This document shows, piece by piece, positions 37,727 through 48,800 of a stretch of 64,000 nucleotides of DNA. The notes below the pieces were generated by a model. The model worked only from the letters and a program-made list of their open reading frames with translations, did no database searches and had not been told where the DNA came from. The DNA is from a virus (Duplodnaviria > Caudoviricetes), in IMG/VR virus record IMGVR_UViG_3300046028_009474, positions 1,629 to 65,628 of that record. One strand, given 5' to 3'. Made by a program: the position numbers and the translations under genes. Positions within the stretch are counted from its first letter, which is position 1; each line of letters opens with the position of its first letter.

Positions 37727-38282
37727 TTTATCTCTCATCAATAAAATTAAAGAGAATCGCGATGATGAAAGTTTAAAAGAACTCATTAATCGCCACTCTG
37801 GGATTTATTTAGAAATGGTTAATCGTGTTATTCCAGACTACTCTGGCATTGTTAATAAGCACGATGTTTTGCTGGAAAAAGATTTTACAATCTATTGTGC
37901 TGCTTTAAAATATGAGCCAGATAGAAATACAAAATTCTCAACTCACTTAGCTAACGAAACAAGATGGAAATGCTTGAATCTTTATAATAAAAATAAAAAG
38001 ATGATGGAAGAGCCTCTTGATAAAATCATCGTCGAACCTTTTTGCGAAGACTTTACAAAGTCTATTCACAAACAAGAACTTATTCAAAGCATTCTTGATT
38101 ATGCAAAAAAATATCCTGATGCTAGAGTAAGAAAAATGATTGACATGAGATACGACTCGATGTATAATAAAGTCGTTCCTTGGAAATTAATTGCTAAAGA
38201 ACTTGGAATGAGCATTCAAGGCTGCATAGATATTCACAATAAATTCATTATTAAAGCCAAAAAAGAACTAAATTATGTATAA
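37716..38282 (+). CDS. Phage sigma70-like sigma factor
   Basis: Region 2 (LI.RH.G, A.KYEPDRNTKFSTHL..RW) and a region 4 HTH (MRY..WKLIAKELGMS). Confidence 0.82.
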   Translation: MDSDLSLINKIKENRDDESLKELINRHSGIYLEMVNRVIPDYSGIVNKHDVLLEKDFTIYCAALKYEPDRNTKFSTHLANETRWKCLNLYNKNKKMMEEPLDKIIVEPFCEDFTKSIHKQELIQSILDYAKKYPDARVRKMIDMRYDSMYNKVVPWKLIAKELGMSIQGCIDIHNKFIIKAKKELNYV

Positions 38283-38700
38283 CAAAATCATCGGAATTGG
38301 ACACGTAGTAAAAGATCCAGAATCGCGAACAACCTCTACTGGCAAGCAAGTTTGCACGTTGAGAGTTTGCATTTCTGACTCTCAAGCAAAAAATAAATGT
38401 TTTATTGATTGCGAGTGCTGGGACAAGCTCGCTGAAATTTGCGTTAAATTCGTGAAGAAAGGAAAAGAAATTATGATTGAAGGCGAACTTAACATGTCAT
38501 CTTGGACTGGAAAAGATGGCTCTACTCAAACTAAGCCATATATTCGCGCAGATAAAGTTAAGTTTTTGAATTCCGCTCCAAAGCAGGAAGCTGGATCTGA
38601 AGATGAAAGCTTCTCAGATTCAAAATCTGATGGAAAAAAGACATTTTCTAAACCCAAACAACAAGTTGAAGAGATCGACTCTGAAGACATTCCATTCTAA
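38275..38700 (+). CDS. ssb: Single-stranded DNA-binding protein
   Basis: NK...IG...KDPE.R, FIDC..WDKLAE...KKG...IEG.L and an acidic tail ending EDIPF. Confidence 0.93.
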   Translation: MYNKIIGIGHVVKDPESRTTSTGKQVCTLRVCISDSQAKNKCFIDCECWDKLAEICVKFVKKGKEIMIEGELNMSSWTGKDGSTQTKPYIRADKVKFLNSAPKQEAGSEDESFSDSKSDGKKTFSKPKQQVEEIDSEDIPF

Positions 38701-39773
38701 TGAAACTCCTAGTACAAGCAGCCCTTAATAATTTAAGTTTTGGAAACGTTAGTGTCAACATTCTTAAAGAATTTTTTAATAAAAATATTGAAATCGGCTT
38801 GTTTCCTTTTGGGAATATTGATTTGTCAGTTTTCAATTTATCTAACGAATTTAAAGATTTTCTTCAAAAGTCTATCAATCAAAGATTTGATGCTTTAAAA
38901 AAAGATGTTCCAGCATTTAAGTTGTGGCATTTGAATAGCTCTGATGATCGCAAAAATCCTAATCAAAATCTTTTAACATTCTACGAGTGTAGTGAACCCA
39001 CAAAAACAGAAGTGGCCATTGCGCAAGCTCAGGACAAAATCTTTTTTAGCTCAACTTATGCTCAAAATAAATTCATTGATCTTGGATGTGAAAATACTAG
39101 TTTTGTGCCTATGGGTTTCGATCCTGATCTTCACATCACAAATAAAAAGTATTTAGATGTAGTGCATTTCGGTTTGATGGGCAAATTTGAGCATCGAAAA
39201 CACACTCAAAAAATCATTAAAACTTGGCTTAATAAGTATGGCAATAATAACGATTACCAGCTTTCTTGCTGCGTTACTAATCCATTCTTTAAGCCAGAGC
39301 AAATGCAAGCCATCATTAGCAATTTGTTAGATGGAAAGAGATATACTAATATTAATTTTCTTCCCTACTTACAAACAAATCAAGAAGTCAATGAATTTTT
39401 AAATGCTATTGATATTGATTTGACTGGCTTGAGTGGCGGCGAGGGTTGGAATTTACCATCATTCAATGCTACTTGCTTGGGCAAATGGTCAATTGTTTTG
39501 AATGAAACCTCTCATAAAGACTGGGCAACATCTGAGAATTCCATCTTGGTTGAATCAGATGGAAAAATTCCAGCGCACGACGGAGTTTTCTTCTTGAAAG
39601 GACACGAATTTAATCAAGGCGAATTTTACTCTTGGAGCGAAGAAGCTGTAGTTGCCGCTATGGACTCTGCTGTTAAAAAGTACAAAGTCTCCAATGTTTC
39701 TGGAATTGAAATGAGCAAAAAATTCTCGTATAAAAACACTGCTGAAATCATTTTAGACAAAGTTTTTTCTTGA
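38700..39773 (+). CDS. GT-B (GT4-like) glycosyltransferase
   Basis: VPMGFDP, GKFEHRK and SGGEGWNLP motifs. Confidence 0.8.
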   Translation: MKLLVQAALNNLSFGNVSVNILKEFFNKNIEIGLFPFGNIDLSVFNLSNEFKDFLQKSINQRFDALKKDVPAFKLWHLNSSDDRKNPNQNLLTFYECSEPTKTEVAIAQAQDKIFFSSTYAQNKFIDLGCENTSFVPMGFDPDLHITNKKYLDVVHFGLMGKFEHRKHTQKIIKTWLNKYGNNNDYQLSCCVTNPFFKPEQMQAIISNLLDGKRYTNINFLPYLQTNQEVNEFLNAIDIDLTGLSGGEGWNLPSFNATCLGKWSIVLNETSHKDWATSENSILVESDGKIPAHDGVFFLKGHEFNQGEFYSWSEEAVVAAMDSAVKKYKVSNVSGIEMSKKFSYKNTAEIILDKVFS

Positions 39774-39798
39774 CTTTTAATTAAAAATATATTATTAT
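39770..39798 (+). promoter_or_regulatory. sigma70-type promoter, leaderless
   Basis: TTGACT-N17-TATTAT-N6-ATG. Confidence 0.7.
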
Positions 39799-39804
39799 AA
39801 CAAT

Positions 39805-40146
39805 ATGATTGAATCAAAAACTGAACAATATTTTAATAGCCTTCTATATCCAGAAAGCAATTGTTGCTTTAATGGAGCAGTTAAAATTAAGACTCTTGAA
39901 AATCATTATGAAGCATTGATGATTATGCCTGGCTCTGAAAAAACAGAGGTTAATATCACCGCATCTAGCAGTCTTCTTGAAGCAAAAAGCTCAAATGTTG
40001 ATTATCCTTATGGATATCAAATCAAGCTTTCTAAACTGGTTGACGTTGAAAAGATTTCATCCTCTCTTAAAAACGGAGTCTTGAAAATTACAATGCCTAA
40101 GCAAAAACTTCAAGCTTCTGACAAGTTTAAAGTTCCAATCTCGTAA
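39805..40146 (+). CDS. Small heat-shock protein (Hsp20/alpha-crystallin)
   Basis: MPG..K.EVNI, VDVEKISSSLKNGVLKITMPK and a C-terminal VPI (IxI) motif. Confidence 0.85.
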   Translation: MIESKTEQYFNSLLYPESNCCFNGAVKIKTLENHYEALMIMPGSEKTEVNITASSSLLEAKSSNVDYPYGYQIKLSKLVDVEKISSSLKNGVLKITMPKQKLQASDKFKVPIS

Positions 40147-40171
40147 GTCGGTTAATAAATAAACAAATAAT

Positions 40172-40202
40172 AAAACAGGTAGTGAAAACTACCTGTTTTT
40201 TT
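40172..40202 (+). terminator. Rho-independent terminator
   Basis: AAAACAGGTAGT-GAAA-ACTACCTG followed by a T run. Confidence 0.88.
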
Positions 40203-40212
40203 ATTATATAGT

Positions 40213-40602
40213 ATGCCCCTTTACATTTACCTCAATGAATCAACAAATGAATATCGCGAAATTCTCCAAGGAATGAATGACCCTCACGAATACTTTGGAG
40301 AAGACGGTGAACTCAATGAGCCTTGGCAGCGCGTTTTTACTATTCCTAATGCATCTATTGATACGCAGATCGATCCATTTAACTCTAATCAATTTGTGGA
40401 CCGTACAGGATCTAAGAAGGGTTCCTATGGAGATATGCTCGACTATAGCTCAGAGATGAGCCAACGCCGCGCAGATCAAGCAGGAGGAGTTGATCCTGTT
40501 AAAGAAAAGTACTTTAAAGAGTATTCAAAAAAGAGAAAAGGAGCTAAACACTTTGAACAAATGAAAACATTTGAGAGTAAAGGAATTGAGGTTAAATATT
40601 AA
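40213..40602 (+). CDS. FmdB/zinc-ribbon-like phage protein lacking the cysteines
   Basis: MPLYIY....E..E..Q.M.D...W.RVF..P pattern with no CxxC pairs. Confidence 0.55.
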   Translation: MPLYIYLNESTNEYREILQGMNDPHEYFGEDGELNEPWQRVFTIPNASIDTQIDPFNSNQFVDRTGSKKGSYGDMLDYSSEMSQRRADQAGGVDPVKEKYFKEYSKKRKGAKHFEQMKTFESKGIEVKY

Positions 40603-42875
40603 AAAGAGGATAAGAAAACTCGACCCCACCCACTTCCAGCAGTTCCTGTGCAGATGTAAAGACCAGATCCACTAACTGCCATTTCTCCAAATTTTCCAGT
40701 TTGATTAGACGCTCCAGCAAAACGCGGAAGGCTAAAATAAGTTCCACTAGCGAAATCTAACGTGCAAGCTTGTGTAGCTCTTGATAAATGAACTCTACTT
40801 TGACCATCAGCTATTACTGTAGATCCAGCGTGAGATGCTGGAATTTGAGCGCTTCTTCCGCCTAAAATACTCGCATACTCACCACTATTATAATGATTTC
40901 CACCACCTAAAATACATGAATAATTTCCACTTATTAAATTAGTATCACCACCTCCGATTGTTGAAAATCCTCCAGAAATATTATTTAAAAATCCACCTCC
41001 AATAGAAGAGTAAATATTTCTAATTTTATTATTCGCTCCTCCTGCTATTGTTGAATAGGAAGATAAAGCTTCGTTTCCAACCCCTCCCCCTACAGCAATA
41101 TAATTTCCACTAGCAATATTAGTGTATCCGCCTAATATTGAACAGTTAATTCCAATAGAAGTATTAACATTTCCTCCTACTATAACACTATGATTTCCAC
41201 TTATAATAGTATTAGTCTCCCCACCACCAATAAATGAATAGTTTGAATTTTGGGTATTCTCAAACCCACCGACAATACAGGAACCATCTGCACTTAAATT
41301 ATTAAAAAATCCACCTACAACTAATGAAAGATTTCCATAACAAGTGTTTGTGTGGCCTCCAACTATTACGTCATGAGTTCCATTGGAGGTATTACTCTGC
41401 CCTCCACCAATTGCTGAATAATTTCCAGCTGCAATTGTATTAGCATCTCCACCCCCAAGAAATGAACTGCTTGCATTGCATTCATTACCTCCTCCTCCAC
41501 AAACAATTGAAAGAGTCCCGTTTACACGGTTTGCCGTTCCACCATTAATTGATGAATATTGACCACTAACTTGATTATCTTCTCCTCCATTAATATTACA
41601 AGTTGAAGATTTAATTATGTTGCCTATTCCACCTAAAATTGATGAATGCTCCCCACTAACTATATTGTCTTGACCACCACCAATGCATGAATAATTTGTA
41701 TAAAGTTCATTTGCATTTCCTCCTCCAATAAATAAATAATCTCCACTGGAACTATTAGATGCTCCACCAGCTATAACATTACTTGGTCCACCTTTAACGT
41801 GATTATCTTGTCCGCCACCAACAACTGAATAATCGCTACTTTCACTGATTGTATTTCCTGCTCCTCCATTGATATTTGAGTATGCAGTAGAAATTGAATT
41901 AGCGTATCCACCCTCTATGGCTGAGTAGGTAGCCCCAACTCCACTAATTACATTATCCCATCCTCCATCAATGTTAGAGTATGAATTATAAATTTTATTA
42001 TTTAATCCACCACCAATTGCTGAATAATTTCCACTGACTATATGATTTTGCCCTCCATTGATATTTGAGTATGGAGCTAAAATTAAATTATTTAATCCGC
42101 CAATAATTGATGAGTGATTATTTCTAATTTTATTAGACTGTCCACCTCCAATAAATGAGTAATCTCCGCTAGTAATTCCACTAACTCCTCCAACTATACT
42201 AGCGTATAATCCACTATTTAAATTAAGATATCCCCCACCAATGAAACCATAATTTTTTATATTAAAGTTATTAAATCCTGCGCCAATAAACGAATGTGTA
42301 CCGCTTGCTTTGTTATATTCTCCATTACCAATTGCCGCAAAGTCAGAATATATAATATTAGAATATCCGCCACCAATAAACGACTGACTTCCATTTGTTG
42401 TATTAAATGCTCCAGCTGATATATATGATGATGCATTATTTTGCAAATTGTCATTTGCGGAGTTTTTAATTTGGCTTTGAAATGTTTTAACTCCAGATAT
42501 ATTTTGAGCTCCAGTTACAACTACAACGGTAGATGTATTAACTGCAACCGCATTTGCTGAAGTTATAATTCCATATCCAGTTGCAACATTAAATGTAAGA
42601 TCATCATATAAAAACCCTCCTCCTACTAACCCACTTCCAGCAAATAACTGCCTATCTCCACGAACTGCGTGATAAATTCCATTTGCTTGAACATTTAATT
42701 CAAGCGCACTATGAAATCTTTTAATTCCGCTAATAACTTGATTTCCACTTTTGGCGACAACTCCCCCAACCTCCCAATCAACTGCCCCATTATTCCCAAG
42801 AGTAATTAAATTAGCTCCACTTTGATTTAAAACAAATGGATATGTTAAGCTTACTTGTGTTGGTCCTAAGTTCAT
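40599..42875 (-). CDS. Gly-rich repeat fibre / beta-solenoid virion protein
   Basis: Dozens of ~15-aa S.IGGG..N repeats, GxQxISGxKxF repeats and a C-terminal G..GEMA..LY...W.R motif. Confidence 0.75.
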   Translation of the reverse strand: MNLGPTQVSLTYPFVLNQSGANLITLGNNGAVDWEVGGVVAKSGNQVISGIKRFHSALELNVQANGIYHAVRGDRQLFAGSGLVGGGFLYDDLTFNVATGYGIITSANAVAVNTSTVVVVTGAQNISGVKTFQSQIKNSANDNLQNNASSYISAGAFNTTNGSQSFIGGGYSNIIYSDFAAIGNGEYNKASGTHSFIGAGFNNFNIKNYGFIGGGYLNLNSGLYASIVGGVSGITSGDYSFIGGGQSNKIRNNHSSIIGGLNNLILAPYSNINGGQNHIVSGNYSAIGGGLNNKIYNSYSNIDGGWDNVISGVGATYSAIEGGYANSISTAYSNINGGAGNTISESSDYSVVGGGQDNHVKGGPSNVIAGGASNSSSGDYLFIGGGNANELYTNYSCIGGGQDNIVSGEHSSILGGIGNIIKSSTCNINGGEDNQVSGQYSSINGGTANRVNGTLSIVCGGGGNECNASSSFLGGGDANTIAAGNYSAIGGGQSNTSNGTHDVIVGGHTNTCYGNLSLVVGGFFNNLSADGSCIVGGFENTQNSNYSFIGGGETNTIISGNHSVIVGGNVNTSIGINCSILGGYTNIASGNYIAVGGGVGNEALSSYSTIAGGANNKIRNIYSSIGGGFLNNISGGFSTIGGGDTNLISGNYSCILGGGNHYNSGEYASILGGRSAQIPASHAGSTVIADGQSRVHLSRATQACTLDFASGTYFSLPRFAGASNQTGKFGEMAVSGSGLYICTGTAGSGWGRVFLSSF

Positions 42876-42884
42876 ACTAATTTC

Positions 42885-42889
42885 TACAC
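42885..42889 (-). promoter_or_regulatory. GTGTA putative phage promoter
   Basis: GTGTA-GAAATTAGT-ATG; 9 nt spacing. Confidence 0.55.
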
Positions 42890-42891
42890 GT

Positions 42892-44088
42892 TTATTCTAA
42901 AGATTGCCAATTAACATTAATTCCGCTCCATAAATTAGATATTGCACTCCAAAGCAATGGAGTTTTTACAGTTTTTCTATCAATCAAAAATCCCGCAGAG
43001 TCATTAGTTTCTACTGAAAATTCTGCTGTAAAATTTAAAACATCATTAACTGCCATTGAATAATTAAAATTATCAAGTCTAGCATTAGTTATGCTATAAA
43101 ATCCAGTGGCAAATTTTGTTGGCTCTGAAAATGATATGTCAAAATTATAACCGCTTTCGTTATACAGCATTCCGCTTAAAAATCCGCTAGAAAATCCAGA
43201 TACTTGAGCGGATAAACTTACTGATCCATTGATGGGATATTCTAGTTTTCTATTGTAAACATAATTACTTCCCAGTCCATAAAGCGGGGTTCTTGGTAAG
43301 TCAAAATTTAAAGACAAACTTTGCAATATAGGCTTTGATTGTGTTGATAAAGACACTCCTCCCACTTGTAAATTTTGCAAAGAGAATGTGCAATAAGATG
43401 GAACAACTACTGGAGGATTATATTCTGTTTTGCCATTAGACGCTCCAGTAATAAAGCTTCCAGTTAATGAAGAATAAAATCCAGACAAATTCAACGAACC
43501 AGCATTAACCGAATTTCCAACCATGCTATTAATGGCTGGAATAGTGATTGAGTTTCCAGTCAAAACATCAAATTTCATATTAGAAGCTTCAAATCCAACT
43601 GAAACTGTAGGAATTTCATTTAAACTAAAATTAACACTATATTTATTTAAATAGCAATTTCCAAAAGATAAAACATTAAATCCGCTATAGCTAGTGTTTG
43701 TAATAATTGGATTTTTAGGCTGATCGAATGCATCTCTAAGATCTTCTGGATCGATAACAATATAAAAATTATTATCTGTGTTTTTCATATTAATAAACGC
43801 TCCCATGTTATCAACAGTTTTTTGCTGAAAGTTCATGGCTAATTCATTAGTAATATAAGGAGATAAATAATAATCAAAAGACAATTCTACATTTGGCGCT
43901 CTTACTAGATCATTAACTGCGTAGCTTTTGTTTCCAATTTGTTTTAATTTTTGTCTCTCATTGCTAACTGAAAAATTACAGTTTTGAACCAACGAAAATA
44001 ATCGCGCAGAATCATTGCCAGTAGTCCACGATGGAGACTGACCAATAGCTACAAATGCTGAATTGCTTTTTAAAATTGTTCTGTTCAT
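42892..44088 (-). CDS. Tail tube-like protein (paralog of 57200-58378)
   Basis: Aligns by eye with the tube protein: VQNCNFSVSNERQ..Q.G..P.V.L.F.YYL, GNCYL..YS and L.RTP...LGS....R.LE.P. Confidence 0.7.
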   Translation of the reverse strand: MNRTILKSNSAFVAIGQSPSWTTGNDSARLFSLVQNCNFSVSNERQKLKQIGNKSYAVNDLVRAPNVELSFDYYLSPYITNELAMNFQQKTVDNMGAFINMKNTDNNFYIVIDPEDLRDAFDQPKNPIITNTSYSGFNVLSFGNCYLNKYSVNFSLNEIPTVSVGFEASNMKFDVLTGNSITIPAINSMVGNSVNAGSLNLSGFYSSLTGSFITGASNGKTEYNPPVVVPSYCTFSLQNLQVGGVSLSTQSKPILQSLSLNFDLPRTPLYGLGSNYVYNRKLEYPINGSVSLSAQVSGFSSGFLSGMLYNESGYNFDISFSEPTKFATGFYSITNARLDNFNYSMAVNDVLNFTAEFSVETNDSAGFLIDRKTVKTPLLWSAISNLWSGINVNWQSLE

Positions 44089-45026
44089 GAGCCTGTTGGT
44101 ACTATTCCTAGCGGATCTTCAATTAAAGAAACATCAACATCGTGAGAATCAGTAAATTTCCATGAGTGATTCCAAGATGGAGAGTAAAAAACTTTTGTTT
44201 GATTGTAAACTGATGGAGGTTCACTATAGAATCTGCGATAGCCACCCTTATTCTCTAAGAAGTGAAGAATAGCTTTTGTTTTTTTAGTTGATGCGCTGGA
44301 AAATTTATAAGAAAATTCGGTTTGAGCAATATTTTTTCTATTTTTAATTCTTTGAATAAAAGAATTTTTAAATTCTATTTTATCTACTTTTAAAGATACA
44401 TCATTCTGAAGCCCAACATCTGGTTCAAAAAAGAAATATTGAGACCACTTACTATCAGTTCCAGTGGGACCATCTAAGCTTTCAGATGATGCGGCATGAT
44501 CTCCAGAACAGTAGTAATAATTATTAAGTTTATTTTTACTAACTCCGCTATATATTATATCATATTTTTCATAAGAGTTCCCAGAGATCCAGTTAGCAAA
44601 AGTATTATTTACAAAATTCATTCCTGACCAGTTAAAAAGATTTGGCGCTTCATTTACAGAAAATGAAACTGCAACCTCATAATGATTTTTATTAACATGA
44701 TTAATAGAATAAGAGTCTGAAACTCCACTTATTGTTTTATAAATTTGAGATGGATCTGTAAAAGTAAAAAGATTTATACCGCTAGAGTCTTCTATAAAAT
44801 AAACAATTTTTTGAGCGTCAGTTTCATTTACGTCAAATCTTAATTGATACTCAGCATTTAAACTGTTTATTGATAATGGTATAGAATTATAATATCCATT
44901 TTGAGTTTCATAATTATTAGAAAGACTACTGAAAGCCACCCTAGATCCATATGATGGAGAATAATTTAAACTAGTTATTGGCGTTACTCCACTAATGTTT
45001 AAATCTCTATTATAGAAAGCATTCAT
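44085..45026 (-). CDS. Distal tail (lambda gpM-like) protein with tandem domains
   Basis: Two copies of P..G.....F.N.Y...N......F...I..F.E..G...F...P, separated by a W..G..Y...D...YYYC..H..P...W insert; it lies downstream of the tape measure gene. Confidence 0.6.
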   Translation of the reverse strand: MNAFYNRDLNISGVTPITSLNYSPSYGSRVAFSSLSNNYETQNGYYNSIPLSINSLNAEYQLRFDVNETDAQKIVYFIEDSSGINLFTFTDPSQIYKTISGVSDSYSINHVNKNHYEVAVSFSVNEAPNLFNWSGMNFVNNTFANWISGNSYEKYDIIYSGVSKNKLNNYYYCSGDHAASSESLDGPTGTDSKWSQYFFFEPDVGLQNDVSLKVDKIEFKNSFIQRIKNRKNIAQTEFSYKFSSASTKKTKAILHFLENKGGYRRFYSEPPSVYNQTKVFYSPSWNHSWKFTDSHDVDVSLIEDPLGIVPTGS

Positions 45027-45808
45027 AAGTGGCCAATGTAGTTAAGCGTTAATTTTACACCTCCATCAGCACTACTAGAAAGACTTTCAGAAACTAAAGA
45101 TGCATTTGGTATACTTAAAGTTTGAATAGTATTAGTTAATGTTTTATCTTTGATGGAAAACTCGACTGTTTTATATTGACGAATGGTTAAAAATTCAAAA
45201 GAATTTTGAAGAAAAGCATCATCAACATCAATCTGCACAGAAGCTGTATATTGTGGCGGCAAAATTGTGACCACTTCATAAGGATTTTTAGCTCCTAATA
45301 TGTAGATTGGCTTTTTGCCAATTTTTATTGAATAATCAAATCCTACAACTCTGTTTGTTGAAGAGTAATCGCAAATCAAAGAGATGCTTCCCTGATTGGG
45401 AATATAAATATCAGTACTGCCTATTGGTGATGGACGATCTCTAGTAACAAGCTCATCAAATATAACAAAATTAGTAGAAACTTTTGGTATCGATCCTACT
45501 GCGCAATTAACTATGTAATCAGTTAAATATCCATTTGAAAATCCGCAGGATTTGTTATTATAAACCAAGTCGGCACTTAATGATCTTCCATCCACGTAAG
45601 AATAAATTGGATCATCATAAATTAAATTTCTAGAAACTGAAAGTTGTTGAGAAGCTGCACCTCCAATTGCTGTGAACGAAGAGCTTCTTCCCAGCATTTT
45701 TGAAACAACTGCTGAATTGCTATATGATACATCAATACTCTCAACTCCTAATATTTCTTGATTAAGAATGTATAATTGATTTTCGTAGTTGCTGGTAGAA
45801 TTAAACAT
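45023..45808 (-). CDS. Tail tube-like / tail tip protein
   Basis: GYLTDY..AVG.IP.VS.F, PIY.LG and A.LVSES.SSS..G..L.Y resemble the tube paralogs. Confidence 0.55.
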   Translation of the reverse strand: MFNSTSNYENQLYILNQEILGVESIDVSYSNSAVVSKMLGRSSSFTAIGGAASQQLSVSRNLIYDDPIYSYVDGRSLSADLVYNNKSCGFSNGYLTDYIVNCAVGSIPKVSTNFVIFDELVTRDRPSPIGSTDIYIPNQGSISLICDYSSTNRVVGFDYSIKIGKKPIYILGAKNPYEVVTILPPQYTASVQIDVDDAFLQNSFEFLTIRQYKTVEFSIKDKTLTNTIQTLSIPNASLVSESLSSSADGGVKLTLNYIGHL

Positions 45809-45809
45809 A

Positions 45810-48800
45810 TTACATTCCTCTTCTTAATTGACCTCCAAGGCGTTTTTCATCTTGAATAACTTTTAAAACAACATCTTTAATGTTTTGAGCGAATTTTTGA
45901 CGATCTTGCGTTGATCCAGCGCTTGATTGTGATGAACTTGTTGTTTTGTTATCTGTTGAATTTATGCTAATGCTAACATTCCCTTTTGATTCGGAAGATG
46001 CTCCAACTAATTCGTCTAATTTTTTAATGAGCTTATCATTTAATTCTACAGATTTTTCTTCTGTTATCATGGAAGAAGATCCAGCATTCATTGCTTGAAG
46101 AGGTCCAGCGCCAATGTTTTGAGCAGCAGCGCGATTCATAACAAACTCTCCACCAGATAACATTGTTGGAATAGTATCTATGCCAGGTCTTTCAGAAATA
46201 AGTCCACCAGTAGCTGCTCTTGATGCCTGTCTCCAAGCGTCAGAAAATGGAATCATTGGATCTTGAGCATCTGGTTTGGTTAAATCTATTATACCAGGTG
46301 GAAATAAACCAGCATTAGGACCAGGCTCATAACTATTCTCCCTATAATTCATCATTGATGTTGGAGTTTCTGCTGTGGGTTTTTTAGTAAAAATTCCACT
46401 CAATCCAGACAACAAATTACTTCCAAAACTTCCGCTAGTAGCTTTTTTCGCCGCAACCGAAGAGTTTAGTTTACTAGCCCCAAATCCTACTACCGTTGAT
46501 CCAATGAGCATTAAAATAGAATTCATGATTTGTTTTTTCATGGATTTTTTCTCAGCCTCTTCTTGCATTTTCTTTTCTCTCGCAGCAGTCTCTTCTTGAG
46601 CCATAATGCCAAATGCTTGAGATTTAACCTCTTTGGTATAATCATTCAAAGGAGTTTGTCTTCTACGACCAAAGTTAGTCAAGCGAACGCTTTCTGGCTC
46701 TAAAGCTATAGATTGAAATCCATTTCCAGAACGAATTTTATCTTTAGATCCACTAGTATAAGCTTGAGTGGCAAATCCTAACCAATCATTTTTACCAGAC
46801 AAGCTTTTACGCTTATACGATCCTGGCACAAAATAATCTTTTACTTTTCCACCTTTAGCATATCCTTCTAAATTGCCAGAGTTAATAGCATCTAAAAATG
46901 CTGGTCCATATTTATTAACTGATTTTTTATTAATAACATACTCTCCACCCATGAGCATTGCTGGAACGTCATCTTTGCTGCCGCTTCCGCCAGAAACAGA
47001 GCCTCCTGATGCCATTTTTTGACCTCCTGGTGCTGAGAATAAAGAGGTTGCCCCTCCGATAACGCTATCAGCAACGTTTCTCAAGGCGGCTCTAGTCATT
47101 TCTCTTGTGAAGTCCATTGCAGCAGAGACTAAAATTTCTTTTAAGCTCTTACCAGACTCTACAGCTTGAATCACTCCATCAATCATTGTGTCGCGGAATT
47201 TAGTTGCGCCATCAACTAGTGCAGTGTTTAATCTGTCAATTTGATCAGCTTCAGAAGTGGCAAAAGCTTCTTTGAATCTTTGACCCAATGATTTGTTAAT
47301 CTCTAAACGTTTCTTCTCAAGTTCAAGAATTCTAGCCTCCTGATCAGCTGTTAATTCCAGAGCGTCAACGTTCTCTTGTTTAATTGCTAGAATTGCCTCA
47401 TTTACTCCTACATCATATTCAAGCTTAACTCTTTCTGACGCAGAGCCAGCTAACGCTACCCTTCTCTCATCTGCTCTCGCAGCTTCATTAGCATAAGCTT
47501 TAGAGATTCCTGATGAGCTAGTGCCAGCAGATTTTATTTCTAGATCACGTTTTTTCTTAGATGCTGCATCTAATAATCCACTTCCAGTGGTCGCAGATAA
47601 AAATTCAAATTTCCCTTGTTCTATTGCAGCATCTATTCCATCATTTAAATCAATAACATAGTCTGAGAATTTTTTAATAGTTGGCGCTAATTGAGATTTT
47701 TTAAGCTCATCAGTAGCAGCCGCAAGACTCCCAGCAGCTGCGGCATCAGCTTGATCGAGTCCTGCTATTGTTTTTGCAAGTATATCTTTATATTTAGTTA
47801 AATTCTGTTTATTAGATCCCATTAACCATGGAGTCTCTGCATTTTTTTTAAGTTCACTTTGATTATTTGAATTTCTAATTATATTTTGCAAATTTTGCAA
47901 TTCAGTTGGTTTTAGACCTAATAATGAACCAGCTTCACTACTTAAAGATTGTTTTGCCTCATTTAATTTTTTTAATCTATCAGCTGGAGCTTGAACTTGC
48001 ATTAATTCATATCTCTTTTTTGCAATTTCAGATTGTTGAGCTCTAGCAGCTGGCGCATTCTGTGGCTGATTAAGTTCTAATCTTCTTATTTCTTTTTCAA
48101 TTTCATTTGTTTTTATTGTAGCAGTCAAATCAATCTCAAAATTTTGCATGGTTAACAAATTATTAGTTGATTCTATTATTCTATCAATTGCTTCCTTTTG
48201 TCCTGAGAGGGCATCTTTTGAATCTAAATCTAGTTTAAGATTATCTCTTTTTTTAATAGAAAGACTATCTGTACTATCTAATTGAGCTTCAATAAGCTCT
48301 TGAGCTTTAGCTAATGCTTGTTCAGTTAAATCTTGCTTTTTTAAAATTTCTATAACTTTCTTTAATGTAGAACCTTTAGTAGCTAAATCTTCTGCTGATA
48401 GACCAGCAAATGCTTTTTGAATCTTTAATCGATCACCATCAACTACTCCTATCTCAGCGCTTTTGTTTGCAAGTTCAAATATGATAGATCGTCTTTCCTC
48501 AACAGTCCCTGCGAATTGATCTTCTAGAGCTACTGATCTCTCTAAATTTCTAATTTGTTGTTGAGATGAATTTCCTAAAATTTGCGCGGCCTGTAATTTT
48601 TGTTTATTAGATCCCAATGTTAAATCTGCTTCTTCGCGATTTAATGCGGATATTTTTAATGCTGTATTAAGATTTAATTTAAATAAATCGCTGCTAATTT
48701 GTTGAATAGACACTTTTTGCTGTTCAACTTTCGCTTCTTCTTTAGAAATTAAAAGAGTTCTTTCTTTCGTAAGCAATTGATTTTGAGCTTCAGTATCTGT

